DNA of 59,255 bases, filler included, from Sphacelaria rigidula (lineage: Eukaryota), in NCBI GenBank assembly GCA_964200075.2. It is 7 parts of 7 records of this genome, joined end to end, with 100 filler letters (N's around TTAATTAATTAA, not from the genome) between each part and the next. Parts side by side here need not be neighbours in the genome. Positions count along the whole stretch, not along the records: positions 33,921 to 42,299 come from CAXNAA020011327.1; positions 42,400 to 50,777 come from CAXNAA020011328.1; 5 more parts are not named here. One strand, 5' to 3'. Shown one piece after another: positions 36,760 to 47,700 of this stretch. Under the pieces are notes generated by a model that was not told the DNA's origin, ran no database searches, and was given only the letters and a program-made list of their open reading frames with translations. Every line of letters starts with the position of its first letter. Position 1 is the stretch's first letter. The translations under genes were made by a program, and so were the position numbers.

Positions 36760-39700
36760 TCATCAGCATTTGCCACCGTTGCTCTGAGTTCCAAGTGAGT
36801 CCTTACCAGTACGCTTTATAGTTTGGAGGAACTATTGACTCTGGTTCGTATTGTAGACTACAAGGAGATAATCTATTTATGTGAACATCTGGATTTGAAC
36901 TGCTTCTGTGGTTGGATCTGGGTTGAGTTGTTACTGCGCAGCTGTGCACTGCACGGGCACATACGAGTCGAGTACCTGTTCGTGAGAACATAACAGGACA
37001 GAGGTGTACTGAGGCTGTTCTCTCGAGGGCGACTAAGCCAAAGTACATAATACATCGGGGCTTCAGCCTATAGCGATCAAGCTCTCGCCTTGTGCTGCCT
37101 ACTGCGTTGCAAGCTGTACTTCTGTGCCTCCGTGAAGCATAGTGCAGCAACATTCGGGCCCCGCATTTGGATATCTACTACACTTTACTGTTTCGCGTGA
37201 GGGCCTGTTTAAGCCCCGCGGCTCAATTTTGTTCTCTTCCCTCGCGCTCCTGTACGCTGGTTTGCCCGGGACTGCCGCCCGCAGCAGTAACGCTTGTAGT
37301 ATTAGCGCGCACAACTGTGCCGCTTGCATTGAGCGTTTTCTGGTGTGTCGTGTCGAGTGTGTTACTAGCCGTGCCTATGTGCGTATCTTGCGCGTGCTTT
37401 AACAGTCAGTCGCACTTTTTGGTACCAAGCATTCTTCTTTGTCCCACCTGCGGGTGTGCTGTTGCTACAGCTGCACGTATTTTTCTTCTCGCCTCTTGAG
37501 CTCCTTCCTGTGCACACGTTTGCCCTTGGCTACCGTCGGCACAAGTGACGATCACAGGATCAGCGTGCACCGCCGTGCTCGCTAATGTATATAGTGTGCT
37601 CTGGCTTCGTGAATTGTGTACAAGCTGCGATCGTTCCCTTGCTGTCTACCCCGTTTCAGGCGCGAACCCGTATGTGTACAGTTGGTTCCAGGCACTTGCA
37701 AAGAAACCCCAAGCGGGCTGCGTCGAGGTCAGCGTGTACACCCCACCGCTGTGTGTACACACCACCGGGGTACATCATCGTGCGCCACTACCCAACTTTC
37801 GTTCATGATGTGCACCCTACAACACTCTCGACGTTTTATATCTATACCAGCACCGGCCATATTCCCTTTGCCCACAGTTCTTCTGCGCACGCCTTGATAA
37901 CCCATGTGTGCAGCACAACAACGTTTTTAGTGTTACACCCCTGTGTCGCCGTCCGTGCGTGCGGAGCAATATACATAGTACGGCCTGCTCGCTGTACATT
38001 ATTTTGCATGATTGTTTTTGTGATGCCCCGGCACCAGAATATCGCTTCACCTCGATGATGGTTCGTGGTTGGAAAAATCCACCCTATGACCACTACGCCG
38101 AGAATGCCGAGGTCAGTTTGTGTACGACACTCTCCAGCGGCAGCGAGTCGATGCCTTACTGATATATATATATATATATATATATACGTATATTTTTTCT
38201 CGGTTCTGTGCAGTAGTCCTTTTGCTCCGTTTCTACACTCCCTCATGAGAACATGCGGAGGAACTACACACTGTTGATTACTGCTACCCATGTGTGCACG
38301 TTCATGAGCGATACGTTTCCGTTATAGGTGTGCACTGTTGACTGTTGTGTTGTGCCATGGAATACTGTAGTAAATCGATGCACGATCAGCCAAGAGTATT
38401 GCGTCACATCTTCAAATAAATGGTGTCTGGTGCATGACTTTTGCGAGTACAGCTACCCTTCACCACAGCACAGGAGTACAGACGGACCAAATTGTTCCGT
38501 CCGGCACTTCTCACATCAAGTTGTATGTGTCAACCGGAAAGCGCTGTGTATTTTGTTTCAATGTGCCCACGCATGATGCGGCCTTTGATCGGCAGCTGCG
38601 TTGCTTCCATGGACGATGCCCTGTACTGGGTATATATTTTGTGTCCTCGTGGCAGTGTTGGATACTTCACTCTTCGGCATCGCTCCCATCAAGTTCCACC
38701 TACTGGTGGCTCTGCCAGTGTTTTCGAGCAGCCTATTCAGTTTGGCCTACAAGTTTCCATAGCCCATGCCAGCGGTCGTTATCAAATCAACATCCTGGCC
38801 GAGACACCGGCGTTGTGGTTACGGGTGCTTCGGTTCCATGTACTGTTCAGTCGTGAACTCCCTTGTGCTTATTTTGAATTACTCTGCACTGCAGTACAGT
38901 AAATTGGAGTCGGGTTGTAGCCACAGTGCACTGCTGTCATAGTTCCGATACGGTCTACCTACCCCGCACCACGAGCTGTTCAGTGATTGGTGTGTCTGCC
39001 TCCCGTACACCCTTGACCGTTTCTTCGCCGGAGAGTTGGATTTGATTTGTCACAGGCATGTAACACGGCTGCAGTCGAGTGTCACATCTTCTCGGATATG
39101 TACACGTGTTCGTGACCTTCGGGTTGTTTGGCACTACAGTACATGAGTACTACAGTCGCAACACACCGTTTCCGACTTGGACTACCACCGATGGACAAAT
39201 GCTGCCATCGCGAGTGGTTTGTAGCACTTCACGATGTTTACCCGTCTCTTTTTTGCCTTCGTTTTGCTCATCACACGAGTACAGCGCTACCGGTCGAATA
39301 CCACGCGTCACGTTTCCCCGCGCAACCCTCGTGTTGAAGCACCCTCTCAGGTGCCGACCGAATATTGCGGGTCAATGCCGTCTAGCTGCACTTCACAAGA
39401 GTGCTCTACACACACAGGCGTTCAGCGGAAGTACTATTTCCACCCCGCAGGTGTGCGCCCCGTCTCCTGAGTGTGTGATTTTGTGTAACGTGGATTTGCG
39501 ATACCAGTACTCCTTGGAGCACGCTTCACCCTGCCCAGCCGGCTGGGAGGAGTAACCACGTGTGTTCAGTAGTCTGTCCATCAAACACCTTTCATCCCAA
39601 TCACGAATTGCGATTTCCCGCAGCACATACAAGTTGTGGTGCTTGGATCCATTTTGACCCATACCTTGTTCGAGCCACCGGCTCTTCGTTTCGAAATCTA

Positions 39701-40250
39701 AAGGTTCCCACATACAGTACACCAGCATACGAATGTTCAGCGCTCCCACTTCCGTAGTGTGAGAGCAATTTCAAGAAGAGGCGCTGATGAAGTATGGATT
39801 ACTCGGTACTGATTGAAACCATCATGCGCACGAGCACTATTCAGACCGCACGTGTCGGATATCCGAGTGCATCACGACTCTGCACCTATGCAGCGTGATA
39901 ATGAGTCTTTTTCAATTTCGGGTTGTTCCCCCATGTGCCACAAGCTGTCTGTCAAGGCATGTATTTCATATACTTCCTCTACATACCGCTCGGAGTGTAT
40001 TGAACTCCCCCCCAGCGTGACAAACATCCCTCCAACGCATATGCGTAATGCAGCGGTGTTTTGTTTTAGAACCACCACTACGGTGTTTCAAAATCAAGAC
40101 CATCAAAGGATTGGCATCGATGAACTTGCATCGCGATGTTTCTCCAAAGTGAGGGCCACACAGGTCATTTTGCTAAGGTTCCAAACGCCCTTACCAGTAC
40201 CTCTTACGGTGAAGAGTTGTGTCGTTCCGTCATTGGAATTGATCGTTCTA
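36760..40250 (-). mobile_element. Probable ancient Ty1/copia relic
   Basis: Eroded motifs in copia order on the minus strand: NAGVSARM (protease-like, about 38800), IGWIFPT (about 38075), PGGVYT (about 37760), NGV.SKG (about 37650), AAVATAH (about 37465), EPESIVPPNYK (about 36830). Boundaries are approximate. Confidence 0.4.
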
Positions 40251-40291
40251 GTGTAACACTTCATACACACGTGGCCACTGGGGGGGGGCTC

Positions 40292-40475
40292 CAGGACCTT
40301 GCAGGCACCTTGCGCAACCTGGCCCTGCAAGGTAGGTCATCCACCTTTGGCAAGGTGGAGGTTGCGCAAGGTACGTTGCACAAGGTCCTGCAAGGTACGT
40401 TGCACAAGGTCCTGTATCGTACCTTGCACAAGGTCCTGTATCGTACCTTGCACCAGCTTGCGCGAGGTACCTTAC
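40292..40475. repeat. Array of ACCTTGC/GCAAGGT motifs with a 24-bp period core
   Basis: (CAAGGTACGTTGCACAAGGTCCTG)x2, then TATCGTACCTTGCACAAGGTCCTG and further motifs in both orientations. Confidence 0.85.
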
Positions 40476-41702
40476 ACCAACGTCCAGCATTTGGACAGGT
40501 GTCGAACGTGTCCAACACGTGTAGTTCAGCAATGTGAAGATTTCCACGCAGTTTTTTATGTCGTGTATGCTACGTCTCCTTGCATTACGTCGCCCTGCCT
40601 CGAAAAGGCATAACACGACTAATACATATATACCTCCCCCAGAATAAATAAGGGACAGACGCCGGCCTAACCACGATCCCGTGCAGGTGAGCAACGTTTG
40701 GTCCTCTGCTATGAGTAAAACTACGAACATGTCGCGAAACGTACTCGAGATCGTTCCGTACACCAATTCGAGCCGCGGATAGGGTTCGTCTTCCACATGT
40801 AGACGCGTCTGTGGTGGTCAACCCACACGTCAGCTTCCCCCCCCCCCCATGTTCACCTTCAACAGCAAAAATAAGGAAGAGGTTCCATTGAAAACGTATT
40901 TCTTGAACACCATGCCGTATGTATCCGTTCAAGATGGAGAACCACACCACATGACGCATCTGACATGCGGCATGTGCAGATAGCACTGCCCGCGGCCATG
41001 GAATGGATGTGTATATTTAAGTATAGTACTTTACGTGGCCATCAACGAAGAGGATCCACGAACCCTCCCTCATCTTCACCTTCGAGAGAGGATGATTTTA
41101 TCCACCATGCCGTTTCTACACTGACGGATTTCCCGTACACTCTTTTCATAGCTTGTCAATGACTGCAGTCATTATAGGTTAATGGCGCCTCACGGCATAC
41201 ACACTTATCGTGTAGACATTCAATCCATTTTGGACCAACTTCTACGATGACTTTGCCACATATACACGCACTTCATGACTTGTTGTGGGCTTCAATGACA
41301 AGTTCCCACCGCCCCCCACACACCATCTCCACCCTAGAATATAGGACCAGGATTGCATTACTCTACTGGGTCGTATCCCCTGAACCCATTTCAGGCATTG
41401 ATACGCGATGTACCTGACGCCCCCTCTAGACATTTCCGTACATAAATATGTATCCATATATATATGTAAGGTACTTGTGGCCGGACCACCTCCACCGGAA
41501 AAATAAAGGCCATGCTCAACTCAGAACCACCGTGGTTACAAAATGACGTACTTCACATGTGCTACGCGGATGACGGCTCGGCCAGGTATTTACATACATA
41601 TATATATTTGAAGTACCTGGCACCATTAGTCGCAAGGCCTCCCCCCCTTCCACACACTTAAGGTTATCCAACAAAGAGCATGCCGTAACGAAGTGGATTG
41701 CA

Positions 41703-42243
41703 ATCCACTGACACGCAAAACGACGCCTCTGCCATGCCATCAAAATAATATAGTGCTGGTCGTGATCGTCAACCGCACCCCCTTCCCCCCACACCATCTT
41801 CACACCATCGGAAACACAGAAGAGAAGTACGCCCAGAGCTGACCGCAGATCATCCCCAACACCCTTTGAACCATTTGACGATCGACGTATATGACACCTC
41901 AGCCACCGGGTTAGGGAAATATATATACATACAGTAATCCACTGACACGCAAAACGACGCCTCTGCCATGCCATCAAACGAATATTGTGCTGGTCGTGAC
42001 CGTCAACCGCAACCCCTTCCCCCCTGTGACGGTTTAAGAGACAACCAACTAGACTACTGACAAGTCAGCGCTGACTTGTCAGTAGTCCGTCACACCCCAC
42101 ACCATCTTCACACCATCGGAAACACAGAAGAGAAGAACGCCCAGAGCTGACCGCAGATCATCCCCAACACCCTTTGAATCATTTGACGATCGACGTATAT
42201 GACACCTCAGCCACCGGGTTAGGGAAATATATATACATACAGT
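41703..42243. repeat. About 234-bp tandem duplication; the second copy carries a 70-bp insertion
   Basis: ATCCACTGACACGCAAAACGACGCC...TATACATACAGT occurs at 41703 and 41937. Confidence 0.9.
42025..42094. mobile_element. 70-bp mini-element, TGTGACGG...CCGTCACA, with 4-bp TSD CCCC
   Basis: It is absent from the upstream duplicate and contains a perfect 36-bp palindrome at 42052-42087. Confidence 0.85.
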
Positions 42244-42299
42244 GCTTGCCGTGCCCATTAACCAACACCTTCCGTGCCCGTCCCCCCCCCCGATGTTGA

Positions 42300-42399
42300 N
42301 NNNNNNNNNNNNNNNNNNNNNNNNNNNNNNNNNNNNNNNNNNNTTAATTAATTAANNNNNNNNNNNNNNNNNNNNNNNNNNNNNNNNNNNNNNNNNNNN
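42300..42399. other. Artificial contig spacer
   Basis: N44-TTAATTAATTAA-N44. Confidence 0.99.
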
Positions 42400-42400
42400 C

Positions 42401-42641
42401 GAAGAGATAGGCGCTGAAATTTTGACACAACATGTTTATTATCACTGCACACAACATTTCTCGAGGTGCATCCGTATTTCTTTTCTTTTTTTCACGGTGT
42501 AATAGCATTTTTCTAGTTTTTACAGAAACTTCAAATCGCTCTAACTTCCTGTTTTGTTTTGTTTTCGTGAATGCACCTCGAGAAATGTTGTGCGTAATGA
42601 TGATACAAATGTTGTGTCAAAATTTCAGTGCCTAACTCTTC
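42401..42641. mobile_element. MITE with TIRs of about 70 bp
   Basis: GAAGAGATAGGCGCTGAAATTTTGACACAACAT...CTCGAGGTGCAT is mirrored at 42570-42641. A related end lies at about 13458. Confidence 0.8.
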
Positions 42642-43911
42642 AAATTACTCACAGCATCGCCGAAATACATTGAAAAGGCAATCTCAGCTGGCCCAGCCTG
42701 TATCTTGGCTTTCTTTTGATGATTTCTTTTGATAATTTCTTTCGAGAATTTTTGTGATAATTATTTCGAGAATTCGTGTTGAACATCCCACACCGAGTAC
42801 CCCCCCCCCTCGCCGAACGTGTGGCGAGCAACAATTGCGTCGCAGCTATGCGATTGCGATGGAGGCTGCGCTCGCTATTCCACCGGGCAAGATGAGGGTG
42901 CCCAAGGGCTCGCTGAGCCCCAATTTTTTGCCCCTGAGAAAGGGGCGAAACACGGCCATATTCCGGTCGACTGATATTTTGCGGCCGTTCGGCTGCATAG
43001 TTCAACAGCGAGCTGGAAAGAATATATAGATGTGCTTCTAACTGAAAAATAGCGGAGAACACGAAAAAAGCATCGAAAATTAGATTGGACACAGGTAAGA
43101 GCTCGTTACAAACATAACCGACCAGACTTACGGGACAGAGGAAGTATACAGACTGGTTCAGGGCGATTTTTCATGAGAAAGTGCCTTTCGCAGTATGGAT
43201 TCAATGACGGCATACGTGGTATCATACTTTTCCATGGACAACTAGGAACGTTTTGGTGAGATTGAGAGTAGACCGCCGATTGAGAGTGGTTTTGATCACT
43301 TGCTTCAACTTAGCCAATTTTTTATCCCGTGTGTACTATTCTTTGCCTTCATCGCTGCCATGTGCTTACAGCTACGCGTCGATATCCTACTCAGGGATGT
43401 AGAGGGCCTCAGTGGCAAGCTACTACAGAAAGACTATCGGGCCTCGTGGAGGGGCATCTCGGACCTGAAACAATTCATTCACTAGTTGATCGACTAATCA
43501 GTGGTCTTCATATTGTTGTGAAATCGAACATACGAATTTCCGACTCATTTTTCACCAACTCTCCACATGCTTCATTCACATCATAGTAACCGCCATCAGC
43601 TCGGGAATTTAATGACATTTTTTTGGAAACGCTCACGACGGGAACAAATTATCCCCCAAACCGTGGTATTTCGGTGATGTTGGGTTTTGACGTCGTCAGA
43701 TATCGATTCATGATATACGCCGAACACCTAAAATCCTCCGGACGGCTTCCCTTATATCCATCGTGAAAAAAGGCCCCAATCACCCTCGAACATGGCAGGT
43801 CGGTGGGTGTTGATGCTCTAAATGGATGAAGGGATATTGTGGGGTAATGATCTTGCACGCCGTAGCCGTGTGACCATTGACGTCGCATCCCTACGATACT
43901 CCAAGGGTGGT

Positions 43912-44270
43912 CGCACCGATGGCTAAGTTGGTAAGCTCGGAACCTTCTGCCGGTCTGGTAATGGGTTCGAATCTGCTTGCAGTCACACGATCTGGGATTT
44001 TTCTCACACCATGCTGAACAGGGGAGAGCGATTGTATGGCGGGTACGCAAGAGACGACTTCACGGTCGACGAGAGGGACCGCAGCACCCTTGCCGCAATT
44101 TAAAATAAGGCAAGCACCGCAGCAGGAAGGCGGCGTTCAAAGACAAAAGTAGAGAGGAAGGGAAATCTTGTGCAAGCCTTTCTATCTGACCCCGGCTGAT
44201 GCGCCCACATACGTCGCATGGTGTAAACGGGCGTCCAGAATAGATGGGATGACAACACAACACAATCCAA
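43912..44270 (+). mobile_element. tRNA-derived SINE
   Basis: A box TGGCTAAGTTGG (43920), B box GGTTCGAATC (43964), a body, and a 3' end GGGATGACAACACAACAC shared with 15968-16025. Confidence 0.7.
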
Positions 44271-44735
44271 CGAACATTTACACGAAGTTTTGTTGCGAAA
44301 CGTGATACACCGATCATTCTATATTGAAATCAAATAGTTGGGTTGAACCCGCACGGTACACTTCAGCCGGTTTCCTGGGGTCAAATTCCGAATGTTCTTC
44401 AGGATATCACGAATCTATCAAGGACGTTTTTTTTTTTTTTTGATGGGGGAGGCGGGGGTCCGCCAGTTAACTGGGTTATCAGAACGGCATGTTACCCCTG
44501 AGAATCGTCGAAAAACTGGGAAAAAACTGGGGGAAGTGAAAAAGGAATGGTACTCCAAAAGTTTTGTCATGACCTAGAAAATATGTGTGCGAATTTTCGA
44601 AGCCCAACTCCAAGAATCGGCATGAGGTTCTGTGGGTGAGTGCATTTGGGGGTGTTCACCCTGAGCCAGCCTGTAAAGGAAATATAATGGGCTACATCAG
44701 CGATAGCTTGAAAACCCAGGTATTCCTCCCCTCAC

Positions 44736-47700
44736 CTCACTGAAGTCTGCCCCATTACTCCACGCAAATGTAGCTTCCATCATACTCGGCGTGAAGGAGT
44801 CAACGTAGTCTTCGGGGTCGATGGTAATCTTGGAATCTTCCGCGACACGAGCCACGTGCCTGCACCAGCCGACCCAAGCGAGCAGCAAGCGGGGTTGGCC
44901 CTGTACAGAAGTCTGACAACTGTCTCGTTGGGGTATAGTGGCTAGCAACCCCACTGGGATGTCATCTAGTGGCCACGTTCATCACCATCCCCATCCCTAC
45001 GCGGCTCCACAAACAAATGCTGTTCCTAGAAATAAAGCGTTTTTTGGACTTGAACTACCGCGACGCTCGAAAAAATCTTGGTATTTGTCATTTACCTCAT
45101 TGCTGTTATCTCTACGGGATATACATACCTCGCGGCTTCCTGCAGTTGCCGGAAAGGACCTTGGAGTTCCGCAGGTAGCGATGGTGCAGACTCATCTTTT
45201 TTCGCCTGAAGCAGATGTGAATTTCATGATCAGAGGAAAGCGATTAGTAAGTACTGTTCATCCATCCCGGAAACACAACTCCATGCAGTATGAGACGCGA
45301 TGTAGACAAAGGTTTGTGTCAGCGCGGGCGGGTGCAACTTGCCGTGTCGGTCAAAAAGCGTGCGCCCGAAAAGGCCTTGGATCCATCACCATGTGCACGT
45401 CATCGCACGATTAATACTCGTTTCTTTCCCTCATAACCGCAGCGCACTATCTGCGCGAAACGCGACAATGGAATGAACAGAAAGAGTATTTTGCTGCACT
45501 CATCACACCCTACATCGTTAAACTGTACCCAGCCATGAATACCCATTCTCTTGGGAAGTTTTTCACCTGGTGAACCAAGCAGCTCAAGAGAGAGGAGCTC
45601 TGCTCTGGCGTCAGATCGTTGAATGCTCCGCTGAAAATGAGCTCAGTTACCACCATCTCATCGCATGTATTGATCTCGCATGCCACTCGGCCCTTGAGCT
45701 GTATAACGCCGTCCGCATTGCAATGTCCGAGTCGTCGTAACACGCGCTTCATCCGTCGCATCTGCGTGAATAGTCATCATTCAGGGAAAACTGAAACGAT
45801 CAGATGCACACAATAAATCGCTGACCCGAGGAAGAGCACCCACACTGTCGTTGTAGCAGAAGCGGCGCCGCACCCGTAGTGACAGCTTGAAAGAGGCATC
45901 TTTCACGCGTTCGACAAAAAATTCGCCGGGTCTTGACATAATTTCTCTAGAACGTAGCGACGTCTGCGGATTCGATGTTTTCCCAACAGAGCACTCCTAT
46001 ACCATAGTTCCAAAACAGCCTGTACGCGCCGCAAGCCATGTTTCCGAAAATTCAAGCCAGCGGGTGAACTTCCGGCCGCGAGTAAACCCGGTCTCAGCCC
46101 TGATTCAACACATATTCTAGCTTTGGAATATATGCGCACATGCCGCAGTCGGCAGTACAAACAGAGCAAGGGAATTCACCCCTGGCTCGATGCGAAATAG
46201 CTCTGCTGTTGAATGCGCCCAGATGTTCACCTGCGAGTTACTCCACACAAAACCCGTTAAGCGTTCCGAGATCGACACACGGATGGACTACAAGCTCTCC
46301 GCGCTTGGCGCATGAACGGCCCTTTTCAGGGTATAACGCTGAAGCACTTACAGTGCAGCAACATGAAAGACACCAAAACAAGACAGCCGACTTTCTCAGC
46401 AGAAGCTCGACAGGGAAAGGACACCAGCCAGACACTTGAACTTTCACCTCGTCCTTCTTCACCATGTGCTGGACACCTCGCGCTTCTTTCCGCAGCAGTT
46501 TCGCTTTTTCCTCAAGCTGCTGAACTGCAGCAAACCTAAACACGGCAACGAGGCGGAGAGACAGAGAGTGTGCAGTGTTACAAGGCATCGAGGGGATTCA
46601 GACGGGCCAATGGATACTTGGTACTCCAACCGTCCCACACGTCACCTCTGCATCTCGGCTTCCCGGTTCTTTTCCTTGTGAAATGGGAGACCTTCCAGGC
46701 GAGCTCTGAGCTGCTCCTCTCTTTTCCACAGTTTGCCGAATGACGAGTCTTGTATTCCCATATCCTTGATGGGGTGAAGCTTCATTGAACCTCCATCTTT
46801 CTCAGACCTTCCAAAACAACAGGCGCGCACAAAGAGTCCGGCTGTGATTGCAGCAGCGATTCCAGCGCTCCGACTCTTGTTGCTGCTGCCAGCCGCAATG
46901 CACCAGTGAACTCGGCCGTATGGATTCATCAAGGGGGTACGGGCCGCGCACACGTGCTATACGGCAAGCATTGCCTGCTCGCTATATACCATGTACGAGA
47001 ACTCTCCCACTCAAAAGCCTCACCTGCGAACAACTTCTCTCATGCTGGCCCCCACTGACTTACGGCTTTCCGCCCCTCGAAGGTCTTGCGGCATCAACAC
47101 TCGAGCACTGCTGAACTCCATGATACAGTCGAGGTCGAACGAAAGACACTTCATTTCGCCTTGTCCCTGAATTGTTCGAGCGAGGAATACGGAGAAAAAG
47201 CAAGATAGTGATACCTCAGATCGCGCTATGCCAGCATGCAGCAAGGATAAGGGCACAGTAATAGGAAGTGCAGCAAGCCTACGTATTCATCCACCTTTGC
47301 ACCATTTGTCGCAGGGGTGGGAGGTCGTACTCCCTGTTGGCCGTCTTGCTGTTTGCACATCACCAGCACGTCCACTTGGTACTTGGCAAGTTCGCCTGCC
47401 TTGCTCGCGGCTCTTTTGTGGAGATTCACCACCACCCCCCATCCCCAGTCAAGCTTGCTGCTCGCATCTTGCGATGTGGACGGGTCTGGTTCCTTGATGG
47501 TGCTCGAAGTGTCCTGAGCTCCCCCATGCCCTGGTGTCCCTCGCAGTCGTAGAAGCCGACCCGGCTAGGTTGGCAGAAATAAATATCGCCAGGAAAGGCA
47601 ACGCGACACAAAGTCAGCACGACTGTGATGGACCACGATAACGTTGACGATCGTCACACCAATGACATTCACCACCGTGGTAACTTTAAAGCGATCACCA

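Noticed and set aside
40292-40475. CRISPR-like array
   Set aside because: There are no unique spacers and no cas genes, and the context is eukaryotic.
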